Shown here piece by piece: positions 27,160 to 40,689 of a stretch of 64,000 nucleotides of DNA. The stretch's first letter is position 1. Each line of letters begins with the position of its first letter. The DNA comes from Eledone cirrhosa (taxonomy: Eukaryota): positions 365,428,001 through 365,492,000 of the forward strand of contig OZ024741.1 of the NCBI GenBank assembly GCA_964016885.1, in the 5' to 3' direction. Below the pieces are notes generated by a model that saw only the letters and a program-made list of their open reading frames with translations, did no database searches and had not been told where the DNA came from. Made by a program: the position numbers and the translations under genes.

Positions 27160-27680
27160 ACAGACGTACAGTAGTATGTATATATATACATACATGCACA
27201 CATATATATATGTACGTATCGGTTTACCGAACATTTAATATAATGCTCGGTTTGTTTGTTTGTAAACAAACAAACAGCCCGAATTACGCCGTACAGTGTT
27301 TAGGCAACCACGTCACCTTTTTGTTCGACAATGACACAGGAACGATGTACTAGTTTCAAGCTTATTGGCTATCGTCAGCATCGTATACCTTCCTGCCAGA
27401 TGGTTGAACGTCTGAAATTATATACTTTCCTTATGCATATTAACAGCTGAACAGCCTAATTTGCATATCGAGTGAGTTCAGTCGGCCGGGCACACCGAAA
27501 ACGATAAATGGAATAGAATGAAACAAAATTTCATTTCTCACTCTTAGTACGGCACTTACTTAAATGTAAGTATGTATGTATACGTACATACATATATGTA
27601 TACAGACGTACAGTAGTATGTATATACATACATGCACACATATATAATGCACGTATCGGTTTACCGAACATTTATTATAA
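27160..27680 (-). mobile_element. Retrozyme-like family R1 unit (~440 bp between direct repeats) with HHR at 27342-27384 (-)
   Basis: Direct repeats at 27161-27240 and 27603-27680. The body is the reverse complement of 6270-6615. HHR reads acgatg CTGACGA tAGC-caataa-GCTt GAAACTAGTA catcgt. Confidence 0.75.
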
Positions 27681-27877
27681 GAACCTTACTTCGCTTTTTT
27701 TCCGTTCATTGTCAGGGAACGTCTTCACAAGCCAAAGTATTGCTTCCTGTTTTCCTTCTGTTGCAATATTTTCGAAATATTTACTCCTGCGTTCAGAGAT
27801 TGATTTTTTGGGGGGTTTCAGAAGATGCCGTTAAGTGTGAAAGCAGCGATTCTTTGCTTAAACTTTAATCTGTTATA

Positions 27878-27951
<74 letters not shown>

Positions 27952-27954
<3 letters not shown>

Positions 27955-28680
27955 TTTCCTTCCCTGTTGTTTACTTGTCTCGCTCGCTTTACGCGATTTA
28001 CTTGTCCCAATAGCTTTATTTAGCTATTGCTCGCACCAACCGGAGGTATATGATTTTTAAAGCGATGAAATACCAATGAAGGTTAGAAAATCACTGACGA
28101 AGGACTATTTTTATCATATGTAACCCATATGCAACCACGCAGTATTCTTTCTTCTCATGTTTTTTATATATATTTGCCTCAGCTGCGTTTGTCTGTTTCT
28201 CTCTTACTGCTTCCCCGCTCTCTCTGTTTCTCTCACCTTCTTTCGCCCCCTCTGTCAGTTACATTTTCTCTCGACTGGCCTCTTCCTCGCACTTCCACTC
28301 ACTCACTCTCTGTTTCTCCCCTTCTCACTTCCTCCCGTTTGGCTTGTAGTGGGTTCTCTTCCTGCTCACATCTCACTCACGTCGGACGGTCTGTATATCT
28401 CTCTCGCTCATGAAATCCACCCAGCTTAAGCTGAACGGATTTCCATGCTGCTTGTTTTTTCCTAACTTTGCATTGCTTTCCTTCCCTGTCGTTTACTTGT
28501 CTCGCTCGCTTTCCGCGATTTACTTGTCCCAATAACTTTATTTAGCTATTGCTCGCACCAACCGTAGGTATATGATTTTTAAAGCGATGAAATACCAATG
28601 AAGGTTGGAAAATCACTGACGAAGGATTATTTTTATCATATGTAACCCATGTGCAACCACGCAGTATACTTTCTTCTCAT
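27952..28680. repeat. Direct repeat of ~207 bp, period 522 bp, bounded by (TA)n
   Basis: 27952-28158 is nearly identical to 28474-28680. Confidence 0.9.
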
Positions 28681-28689
28681 TTTTTTTTC

Positions 28690-28723
<34 letters not shown>

Positions 28724-28819
28724 ATAGGAAAAGAGTCAAGACCCCGACGGCAGAGCTGCGGGCGTTTTGACAATTAGATTAACTATGGTCCACCTGGTAC
28801 CTCACCACACTTTCTTTGT

Positions 28820-28850
<31 letters not shown>

Positions 28851-28905
28851 GTGAGGTTTTTTTTACAAAATGAAAAATAACCGAGGTGTCCTACACGAGT
28901 GAAAG

Positions 28906-29201
28906 TATAAAGAAAAAGAGATGAAATCGAAAATGCAACTGGAGTCTTATTTTTTTTAAAAATATATATATTTATTTGGTTCCTTTACCGGTTTCGCAGT
29001 TCTTCTGCTTTTCAAAAGGTGAGTTGAGATGGAGGGTCTGTGGTTTTTCTCACATCTGATGTGAGAAAAACCACAGACCCTCCATCTCAACTCACCTTTT
29101 GAAAAGCAGAAGAACTGCGAAACCGGTAAAGGAACCAAATAAATATATATATTTTTTAAAAAAATAAGACTCCAGTTGCATTTTCGATTTCATCTCTTTT
29201 T

Positions 29202-29208
<7 letters not shown>
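28906..29208. repeat. Near-perfect 151-bp-arm palindrome (centre 29057) made from the 3' end of the 54402-57158 PLE
   Basis: ...ttctcacatc T gatgtgagaa...; the left arm and 28843-28905 match 54402-54616. Confidence 0.95.
29095..29132 (+). ncRNA. Hammerhead ribozyme with U3-A8 variant core (mirror on - strand at 28982-29019)
   Basis: CCTT TTGAAAA GCAG-aagaa-CTGC GAAA-C-cg-GTA AAGG. All three stems pair and stem III is the palindrome ACCGGT. Confidence 0.75.
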
Positions 29209-29276
<68 letters not shown>

Positions 29277-29426
29277 TATCTTGTTACCTTTCTGAGCTGA
29301 GTTCAAATCCTGCCAAGGTTAACTTTGCCTTTCATCCTTATGGGGTCGATAACATAAAGTACCAGTAATACACTGGGTTATTGCTGGCCTTGTGCCTAAC
29401 CTAGAAACAATTATATCTTGTTACCT

Positions 29427-29496
29427 TATTTTATCTGATGAGAACACAATTTTTATCACAGGATGATGTTGTTTTCGAAATGCGCATAATAAAATA
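29427..29496 (+). ncRNA. Type-I hammerhead ribozyme
   Basis: tattttat CTGATGA GAAcACAAT..GTTGTtTTC GAAA-TG-cg-CATA ataaaata. Stem I has 8 bp and stem III is the palindrome ATGCGCAT. Confidence 0.78.
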
Positions 29497-29771
29497 TTTG
29501 GAACTTCTTTAACCATCTTTTAATTTCTTCTTTATATATATATATATGGGGGGGGGGGGTTTCAGTGTGTGTATGTAAATGTGAGATGGTAATTATTTTA
29601 GTTTATTGTCTATAACGTTCAGTGTATACATTTTTCTCAGCATTCCACTTTTTTTTATTGAGTTTTACGCATCATCATGTATCTCTTTCTGTGTTTATAC
29701 ATGCATATATTCATACACACATATCCACACTTTCACACACACACACACAAACATTCACACATATATATATT

Positions 29772-29833
<62 letters not shown>

Positions 29834-29900
29834 AATATATATATATTTATATATATATACAAATATATATATATAAATATATATATATTTATATATATAT

Positions 29901-29970
<70 letters not shown>

Positions 29971-30011
29971 TCATATATATATATACTCATATATATACTT
30001 ATATATATATA

Positions 30012-30735
30012 TAAGAGACTATTGAAGTTTGCTTGAAGCATTGTGGAATAATAAGTAAATATCTTTAAGTCGTTTGGAAGCCTCGACAATGCAGATGGGT
30101 AAATCTCCGGGTAACAAGATCCGGTTTTGGAGAGAGATATAAGTGGGTGTACGTTGAGATGCGTGGTGTGTATAAGACGTGTAGAAGAATGAAGGAAAGA
30201 GTATAAAGGATAAAATAAAAATAACAACACGAGAGAGAGTTACCTTGGGAGAGATTTAATTGTCCCTATATATTTCGGATTCACATCCATCAACTGGGGT
30301 TTTTCCGGGGTGGGGGAAAGGTTGTCTGTCGGAAAGGTGCGAAACGCGTCCTCCGCTGTTTGTTGTTTTGAATATCTAAGGTATTCAGCAGAGTGTCTGA
30401 TGGTACCTAAGATTCTTCCATAGGCGGTATGCCGGTTGAGCACTCTATGCTCTTACAGAGCAGAGTATGATAGAATAGAAAATGAAAAATCAGTGATGCA
30501 TCTGAACTCAATTTATTGTGTTTTACAATTGTTTCCCCGGCGGACAATTCGAGACGCGATCATTGTGTGGATCTGTCTGATTGTGGACCCGCAGGTTCGA
30601 AGGACACGTCTAATGATTTCGGAGCATATTCTCTCATGAGAGAATATGCTCCGGAGTCTCGAGCTGTCCACCGGGGAAACAATTTTAACACACAATAAAT
30701 TGAGTTCAGATGCATCACTGATTTTTCGTTTTCTA
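30012..30735. mobile_element. Unclassified dispersed repeat (homologous to 48950-49300) ending in nested inverted repeats
   Basis: 30012-30370 matches 48950-49298. IR at 30476-30560 / 30652-30735, plus a perfect 34-bp palindrome at 30620-30653. Confidence 0.7.
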
Positions 30736-30739
30736 ATCT

Positions 30740-30854
<115 letters not shown>

Positions 30855-31197
30855 ATGCTTGTGGCGGGTCAAATTGTTTTAATAATATTGCCAGAAATAA
30901 CAACTTAACACACCTCACTGTTTGGTTGGTTTTCGCTTCTGCATCTTTTATATCCCCATAGTTAATTCCTTTGTCCATCAATGTTTATCATTGACTGACC
31001 AACGGTCAAAAATACAGATATAAATACATGTATATAATCTAACAATGTTCTTTCGTTGCACATCTGCAACATCATTATGTTTCCTCCTGTTGTATTGTAT
31101 GTCTACGCCATTTTCTGGCCAAGTATAACTATATTTGTTACGACACACGATTTCATATCAAAACCCTCGCAAAACTAATTAATCGCCGTCATATATA

Positions 31198-31247
<50 letters not shown>

Positions 31248-31529
31248 ATATAGATATATATAGATGATATAGATACTTCTAAAACAAAATATAATATACT
31301 GATGCTGACGGTTCGGCCGACATTTACTCATATTGTATCCCATATGTAGATAATCGATCAAACTAAATTATAACCAATGTTCAGCTTCGATAAATACTAA
31401 TGTAATATGTAGTATCCTTTTTCAGATATTCATTTACATACGCAGAATTCAAAATTAGAACATGAATTAAGTATCGGACCAGACATGTTGTATTATGTTT
31501 GATTAACTATCATATATTATATGTACATA

Positions 31530-32080
31530 TTTTATACAGGATATGTATGAAAAAGCAATTGATTTTAAGGTTGTGACCGCCGCCACACATTCTTTGTCTC
31601 AGCATAATTCATGGGAAGCAACCGACAACGTTGTGTCTTACCTGTTGGTGGTTATCAAGGCTGCTTATCCCCCTAGGTTCTGCCGGGACAAAAAATAAGC
31701 TAGAATCTTATAGATTTCTCGCCTATGTATATGAACTGATGAAGCTTAATTTGCACACGAAGCGGTAGCCAATCAGGGTTAAATTAAAACAAATTAGAAT
31801 TGGTGCTCCAACATAACGTTATACACACATATATACGTATTGTATACGGGATGTTTATGAAAAAAACATTTAACAGCCTACTGCTATGAATTTTTTTAAG
31901 GTTGTTACCACTGTCACAGATCATTGGCATCAGCGAAAACCAGGAGAGCAACCGCCAATGCGGTTCTCATTCAAGACTGAATATCTACCTAGCTTCCCCT
32001 GAGACAAAAATAAGCTAGAATCTTATAGATTTTTCGCCTATGTATATGAGCTTTTGGAGCGGTAAACGGCCAGGCTTTAA
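31530..32080 (-). mobile_element. Diverged ~310-bp tandem units related to the 59630-60950 retrozyme-like family; degenerate UUGAUAA HHR at 31618-31664
   Basis: Period ~310 (31533/31843). Shares ttagaattggtgctc and tcttataga motifs. Reverse complement reads gcagcc TTGATAA ..GAcA CAACGTTGTC ggttgc. Confidence 0.55.
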
Positions 32081-33216
32081 TTATATATTATATATTTTAT
32101 AAATATCATTTGCAAATGTTGGCGCTTCCTCTTGCAAAGCCGCCACTATTCAGATAACTATAAATACAAACTGGTTAGAGGCATTTGTTTTCCGTGCTTT
32201 CCGTCTCTAGGGGTACTTTACCAGGCTTATTCTACTATTCTTTATAAATATTTTGCCTTTATACTTTTTAATCAGTCAAAAGCGAATACATGTCAAACGG
32301 AAACGTTTCTTTGACATTCAAAGCATTAATAACACCTAATTCCCACCCGGCACTTTTTAACCTTCCTAACAAAGATATTGCAAGTAATATTTACCGACGG
32401 ACTCAAAAAGCCTAGAAGCATTTTCTGGTAAATTCTAAGTGGTCACATAATGTGCTATAAATACTAACTAAATTTCCCTTAAATCACTTTCAAAGTTATA
32501 TCGCACAATGCAGGCATATATCTATTGTATAAAGATGGTCCATGCTAGAACGCATTTTATTAGAAGGGAATCAAACATATTTTAAAGTTCTAAATTAACC
32601 AAATGTTATATATATTACATACATGATGATGGCTGCAACTCAAGTTCGAGTAATGCCATCGCTTGATACTTAAACATGAGCATCACGGACGTGGCTTTTT
32701 AGTCCTGCTAGGGACTTGCCATACGACCTGCAATACCCTGCATCGCAAAAAATGTCACATGTCTAGCGATGCCTGTGCTTGAAGCATTCTTAAGTGAGGA
32801 AAGGCTTAGAACATTGAATGCATTTGTCCAAAAAGAAGAATTGGTCTACATCATAACGCAGGGTGTCCCAAATTACCCCCCCCCCCCCACCAAGATTAGT
32901 GTTGTTGCCGGTATAGTCGCCAACGATCCGACCATGCACAGGTTGTACTAGGTTACATGTAACCAGTAGCGCTGAAGCATACTTACATACATAGAGATAG
33001 ACAGACAGAGAGTTGATATCCAGTTACATCCTGGGAATTCGAAATTAGGATATAAACAAAAGTACGGAATCAAATATGCTGCGTGACGTGTTGTTTTATT
33101 ATTATATATTAATATCTCTATCTATATGTATATTTAAAGATAACTATATGTCTATTTAGTAGTAAATATATGTTTTCTCTTCTGATGAAAATTTGACGCA
33201 ATGCATATGTACTAAA

Positions 33217-34650
33217 TAATTGTTTCTACTTTTGGCACAAGGTCAGCAATTATCCCAGTGCATTACTGGTACTTTTATTTTATCGACCTCCGTAAGGATG
33301 AAAGGCAAAGTTAACCTCGGCGGGATTTGAACTCAGATAATACAGGGAGGTAACTCTATGCTTCAAAGCATGGCGTCAGACCCTCTACCGACACTGCCAA
33401 TCCACTAAATAATGGTAATACAAAAAGATAGACAAACAGACTTGCGGAAATCAAACCACGGATCTGTCGCATACGAATGGCCGATTCCGGTAGGGTTGTT
33501 TCTTCACCTATTTTTTAAGTGGCTAAGGGTGAATTGCGCCATCTTTTCTACCATGAGAAGAGCAAATTTCGAATTTGGCCAATAGCTTCGTAAGCGTATC
33601 GGTTTATTATCATATAAACAGCACTGAGGGCGGAGGATTGGCAGAATCGGCAGAGGGTCGGACACCATGCTTTGCAGCATAGAGTTAGGGCCCTTTATGA
33701 TCTGAGTTTAAATCCCGCCGAGGTTAAATTTGCCTTTCATCCTTTCGGGGTCGATAAAATAAAGTACTAATCACGCACTGGGGTCGATTTAATCGACTTT
33801 CCCCTACCCCACAATTGCTGGCCTTGTGCCTATATAAGAAACCATTATATAAACAGCACTACCTTGTTCTTTAGTGGCTTCATCAGAGTTGTCTTTGTTG
33901 CAAGCATCCGGGGTAAGTCTCTTGTTTAATAATTGTTTGTACTTTAGGCAGAAGGTCAGCAACTTGAAGGGGAGGAGAAAGTCGATTAAATCGACTCAGT
34001 AAATTACTGGTGCATTATTTATCAATCCCGTATGGGTGAAAGGCAAAGCTAACACCAACGAGATTTGGAAACAGAACGTAAATGGTCGTAACTTTATGAC
34101 GTGAAGCATGGTGTCCGATTCTCTAGCGATATTGCCAATAATATCTTCTTAATATCACGATAGTTTGATAATACCCTCTTCTTAACATTGTCGAAGGTGC
34201 CGAAAACAGAAGGTTCACCTTCAAGACTAACTGGCGAAATGCTGAAAAATATCCCATGTACATCTTAGATGCACACAGATGCACACAGATGCACACAGAT
34301 GCACACAGATGTAATATATCCATTTTTAATTATTCTTTTAAAGAATAAGAATTTTAAATAAGGACACAAAATTAAGGTGGGTTTTGTAGATACGTTGCAA
34401 TACGTTTTATTTATTATTATAGACTATAAAAGGATGGAGGATTGGCAGAATCGGTTGAGCGCCGGACACCCCACTTTGCAGCATAGAGTTACGGCTCTTT
34501 ATGTTCTGAGTTCAAATCTCGCCGATGTTAGTTTTGAATTCATCCTCACGGGGTCGTTAAAATAAGTACCAGTAATGTACTAGGCTCAATTTAATCGACT
34601 ATCCCCTCCCACAACATTGCTGGCCTTATGCCTAAATCATAAACCATTAT
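33217..34650. mobile_element. Cluster of four SINE A copies in alternating orientation (33217-33405 -, 33628-33847 +, 33929-34140 -, 34435-34650 +)
   Basis: Family motifs on alternating strands; TSD atataaacagcact around the 33628 copy. Confidence 0.85.
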
Positions 34651-35973
34651 AGGTTATATATTTTATATATATTATTTAAAATATGTCTGTTTATCCTTTT
34701 GGGAAACCAACACAGTGGAGATATCTATACATAATAGTGCAATAAATCGGGTAAAGTAACTCTGGAGGCCGAGGAATTGGTCACGTGTTTCTGTTCACAT
34801 TTTTGTCTTAAGGGGTAATTTACCAAAACGTTCGGCTATTACGTATAATTATACTGCATGTTTTCAAATTTCACATACAAGACAACACCACGTAGGGGAC
34901 CCAAATGTTGCTTATATCTATTTGTAGGTTAACACATAAGAGCCGAGCCAAATATACCGCGTTAATTTTATTTCATGGTTTCATATTAACCTTACTGCCA
35001 TTAGTTCAAGTGTGTTTTATCAGTGCTCACTATACTATTAACAATCGAGATTAATATTCGTTTGGCGTCTTCAGACCAGTCGCAGAAGTCACAAGACGTA
35101 AAGTAACATGGACGCTGCCCTTCTTTCCAATTCTAGTTAGTAAATAAAAATCCTTCTGTCTCTATCAAATATAAAATGAGTTGCTTATTGAATGTAGAAA
35201 AAAACCAAATGGAGGCTAGATGATTGATTTAAATAACATATGTTGGTTATCCGCACGCTCAATCAGAACCAAAATGACCCAAACAAAGCCATGTTATGAC
35301 CAATTAATCTAATCGAAACCTAACACATTTATCAAGAAAGAAACACGCGAAACCATATGCCCAGCCAATTTATAGCCGAGTAAGTCAACATTAAACAATA
35401 CGAAACAATCTAGTATGAACAAAATAATGGAAACATTAATAATAAAAGATTGAAGTAATTAAACTTGACATAAAGCAGTATACTTTTACTTTATAAATCA
35501 CACAACACAGCAAGCAACTAAAGGTAAATACAAGTTTTAGATTACACTGAACAAACGAAACAATTGAGTATAAACTGAAAATGGAAAATCAATAACTGAA
35601 TACACATGAAACAGTACACCCTACTTGATTTCGTACGTTTCCTAACAAAAAACTGAACACCGCGTTCGCTCACTATCCAACGAAGAACCCGGCGTACTAT
35701 CAACGAAACGTTATTGAGATGACCGGGAGTATCCGACGTCAGGGCCACTAACTCTGGTAGATTCTGTCCGTGACATCAGAGCACACAACCACTGCCTCCC
35801 TTTCCCCCTAGTTAGCAATCTCTCAACAACTCATCCTACCGGTTATGCAATGCCACGCTTGGTAATTAGCACTCATGATATTTGTCAGGTATGACTTTAG
35901 CCGAACTGAACAAATCATAAAACTACTCTTCACATGTAAAGACAGCGATGAAACATGAAAGCTGTCAAACACA

Positions 35974-36112
35974 TAATTGTTTCTACTTTAGGCACAAGGC
36001 CAGCAATTACCCAGTGCATTACTGGTACTTTTATTTTATCGACCCCGTAAGGATGAAAGGCAAAGTCAACCTCGGCGGGATTTGAACTCAGATCGTAAAG
36101 GTACGTAACTAT
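35974..36112 (-). mobile_element. 5'-truncated SINE A with TSD gctgtcaaacacataat
   Basis: Family body with a duplicated flank. Confidence 0.85.
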
Positions 36113-36481
36113 GCTGTCAAACACATAATACTAACTAAAATAAAACCCAGAGAGGCATTAAATTAAATATGATCAGTTTAAAAGAACAAATATCAATATT
36201 ACAAACGACTGCTTGTAAAAGTCACCTTCTATCATCTCATCTTCCCCAAATCGTAACCATACATTACTCTATTGCGAGCCCCGAATAGCCCTGAATGTTC
36301 TTAAAATATCCCACTTCTTTTCAATGCTACGCAAAAGGACCGTATCAATATTTTCCTATCCACACCTTGCCTTACCATATGCGTTCAAAGCCTTTGAACA
36401 TCATCCATGAACAGCTTTACAGGATTAATATTTCTACGATAGCTTAATATTTGGCTAGAAAACACGTTATAATCCGCTATT

Positions 36482-36727
36482 TTGGGAATACAGCTAGAGG
36501 AAAGGGCATTCAAGCTACATGTAAATGTACGTAAGATAATAAATCTTTATAAATTATGCCTAAGTCCTTGGTTGAATGATATATATATTAGTACTGACTT
36601 CCTAGACTTTACTCTCAGCCCTAGGAGTGGCATATTTTTCCCATGCTGTAAATTGAACAAGACACTACACTACACCAACAAACACTCAAACCACGTGAGG
36701 ACACTATTGCCAATAATTTTGTTTTAA
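36482..36727 (+). pseudogene. PLE RT thumb remnant
   Basis: DFLDFTL....GIFFP..K.N.TLHYTNKHSNH parallels the motif in ORF 25636-26265. Confidence 0.6.
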
Positions 36728-36799
36728 ATATTTCATTGCAAACTACCCGCCATTGGTGAGCATGCATCTTACTACAATGTAGTGCTAATTTAGAGCAGA

Positions 36800-36990
36800 T
36801 TCATCATCCGGTGGCCTCAGCCGAAATCGACTCAACAATTGGTCTCCACGTAAGTCTGTCGTTCATTACCGTTGCCAAGTTCTGGATTTCAATACTAGAA
36901 TCTCTGGAGATGACATCGAACAGTTTCAACGAGCTATTGTCATTCCTGTCCCCAATTAATACTGGACCCAACAGGCACTGCCTCTTCATT
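36800..36990 (-). mobile_element. RTE-like LINE 3' end fragment
   Basis: DVISRDS..EIQNLATVMNDRLTWRPIV is an RTE-type C-terminus. Confidence 0.55.
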
Positions 36991-37637
36991 TATTTATTGT
37001 TTGTACCATATTAATGAAACATCAATGACAATGGCCAACGGGAACACACAGAAGCAAAAGCCGGATTGAGACACAACTAAGTTAAGACACAATCTTCATA
37101 GCACCGAAGACTCATAAATTGTAATTTTGATTATTGAACAGACAAAACAAAATATAATTTTACTCGCCACATCTGCTTCCAACAAAACTAATAGTGTGAC
37201 TGCTTTATCATAAAATATTTTGACACGCTGACTTCCAAAATCATATTCTCATTTTTATTTTAGTTCAGTTTCATCATCATGTTCACCTTACACATTTTCA
37301 ATGTACCCCCAAATCTCATTCAACGAATGGTTCCGCTCTGTGAAAATGGGCTTCGCTGATTAACTAAAACTGATTAATTAAAAAATGTGTCATCAAAACT
37401 GTTAGACATTTCTTTTATAAAACCGCACACACACTAACAAACAGCGCAGGCGGGCACACACAGGGATGGGCTTTCTTTTGTATCTACTACTTTCTTCTTC
37501 TCCAAAGAACACGCCTTGATTCTTCCTATCTTGCGAAATGTTAAATCTCTGTTCCTATAATAGGAAGCGTTAAAATAATGTACAATCATTGTATTGTTCA
37601 TCTGTGTTATATGTAGTTGCTGACCACACTTAACTAT

Positions 37638-37729
<92 letters not shown>

Positions 37730-38204
37730 TATTTTGAGAATAAACTCTCAGTCGTTTACAATAATTAAGCTCCAGGAAGGGGCTCTTCCGAGCAGTTACA
37801 TTAAAAATATATGATAAACACGAAATGTGTTCATATTGCAACAGACAAAGTTAGCTATTAATGAAATAAACTAATTAAAGTAAATACAATTTGTCTGTCT
37901 CGATATAAGTCAATAAAGACAAGCTTATATTGGCAACAGCCATGATTCCTGGACATATTTAAATTTCGAAATTCAAACCTGTTCTGTAGACGAATTTGAA
38001 CCTCGAAACCCAAATAAGTTTCACAACGGTGGAATGTGAATTGAAAAATAAAGAGAATCGAAATGGAGTTGAAATAAAAGAGTGAAATACCCAAATCTAC
38101 TGTGCTTATCAACAGGAGTCCAGTAAAATTAGTCTATCTCCTATATATAGGAACGAGTAGGAACCCGACGGCTTAGCTCAAGCCGTTTCGACGGCTAATT
38201 ATAT

Positions 38205-38464
<260 letters not shown>

Positions 38465-38552
38465 ATTCCTATTTAAACTATTTTTCACTGTGAACAATTT
38501 GTCAGCATTTTCTTTTCCGTTTACCAATATATATATATATATACATACACAC

Positions 38553-38622
<70 letters not shown>

Positions 38623-38801
38623 TTATATATATATAGGTGAAGTAAAGAAGATAGAGAAAAGATACCAATTTTTCCTTATTTTTTGAGTTGCCCAATACAT
38701 AAGATATTTCTTTCATTACCACTATATATGTGTGTCTCTCTCTCTCTCCCCCCCTCTCTCTCTCTCTCTTTTCTCTGTATTTATACACATATATACACAT
38801 T

Positions 38802-38883
<82 letters not shown>

Positions 38884-38968
38884 CATACATATATATATAT
38901 ATATGTGTGTATATATATATGTGTATAAATACATGTGTATATATGTGTATAAATGAGTTTCTAACTCA

Positions 38969-39012
<44 letters not shown>

Positions 39013-39076
39013 CTCGGGTTCATCGGGGGTAACCACATTAAGTAAGGTACTCAATACATAGCAGAGTATATATTTT

Positions 39077-39194
39077 TAATATAGAAATGGCTTATACAGG
39101 ACTAGAACTGTTTCATTCGAAGGAAATCATCAGGAAAGCGACGTTCCTGATGATTTCTTCCGAATGAAACAGTTCTAGTCCTGTAGAAGCCATT

Positions 39195-39203
<9 letters not shown>
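39077..39203. ncRNA. Fold-back (60-bp arms) containing a hammerhead on both strands; decayed copy at ~5240-5290
   Basis: ttc CTGATGA tTTC-ttcc-GAAt GAAA-CAG-ttctagtc-CTGTA gaa. Confidence 0.65.
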
Positions 39204-39271
<68 letters not shown>

Positions 39272-39297
39272 TTTAATAAACAACATAAGATAATTAT

Positions 39298-39356
39298 TTC
39301 ATTTACCAGTGGTTTCTTGAAGGCAGATGTTGTCTGTCTTCAGTCGTCAGAATGAA
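39298..39356 (-). ncRNA. Type-I hammerhead in the left arm of inverted repeat 39266-39496
   Basis: Reverse complement reads ttcatt CTGACGA cTGAAGaCAGA-caaca-TCTGcCTTCAa GAAA-CCA-c-TGGTA aatgaa. The right-arm copy has GAAA mutated. Confidence 0.78.
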
Positions 39357-39566
39357 TAAATAACAGATGTTAATTATTTATGTTATAAATAACAGATGTT
39401 ATTTATTCATTCTGACGACTGAAGACAGACAACATCTGCCGTCAATAAACGACTGGTAAATGAAATAATTATCTTATGTTGTTTATTACATAACTAATAA
39501 GCTCTGTAACCTACCTAGAACACTCTTTTTTCCTGTACCTTTCCGACGGAAATACTTCATTCATTT

Positions 39567-39671
<105 letters not shown>

Positions 39672-39680
39672 TATATATAT

Positions 39681-40108
39681 ATGTAAAATGTAAACGGAAA
39701 CAACTAAACAAACGACACAGTACAATGAAGAATTATATTACTTGAACGTTCTATATAGTAGGAAGAGAGTCTTAAATACGCACACACATAGACACACGCA
39801 CTCTCGCACACACACATACACATATACATTCTCACACACAAACACATACATACACACATACACACATATACATACACACATACATTCTCACACACACACA
39901 CATACACACATACACACATACACACACCCATATATATATATATATATATGTGTGTGTGTATGTGTGTGTGAGAATGTATGTGTGTATGTGTGTGTGCGCG
40001 AATGCATGTGTCTATGTGATTCTCTTCCTACTATATAGAACGTTCAAGTAATATAATTCTTCATTGTGCTGTGTCGTTTGTTTAGTTGTTTCCGTTTACA
40101 TTTTGCAT
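39681..40108. repeat. Inverted repeat, ~88-bp unique arms plus CA/TG microsatellite arms
   Basis: 39681-39768 is the reverse complement of 40021-40108. Confidence 0.9.
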
Positions 40109-40141
40109 ACATACACTATACACACATACATATATATACAA

Positions 40142-40185
<44 letters not shown>

Positions 40186-40205
40186 TTGTATGTGTTATGT
40201 GTGTT

Positions 40206-40308
<103 letters not shown>

Positions 40309-40509
40309 ATGTGTTATGTGTGTTTGTATCTATATATTTGTATGTGTTATGTGTGTGATTTATACACTAAATAAGTCGAAATGTCAGAGACAGCGTTTGT
40401 TTAAGTTAATTGCAACTAGGTCTACACGCATAATGTCATATAGTAAGAATTTAGTATCTGGTAATAACAGTATAGACATCATATTCATACTTACAGCTAG
40501 AAGAGAGAA

Positions 40510-40603
<94 letters not shown>

Positions 40604-40651
40604 TACCTTATAATATATATATATATATATATTATATATATACCTTTCATT

Positions 40652-40689
<38 letters not shown>

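Noticed and set aside
30325-30360. GAAACGCGTC resembling a PLE hammerhead stem III
   Set aside because: No upstream YUGANRA core or stem I partner.
35630-35870. CpG-richer island with CGAAACGTTA
   Set aside because: No valid ribozyme core, LTR termini or second copy in the window.
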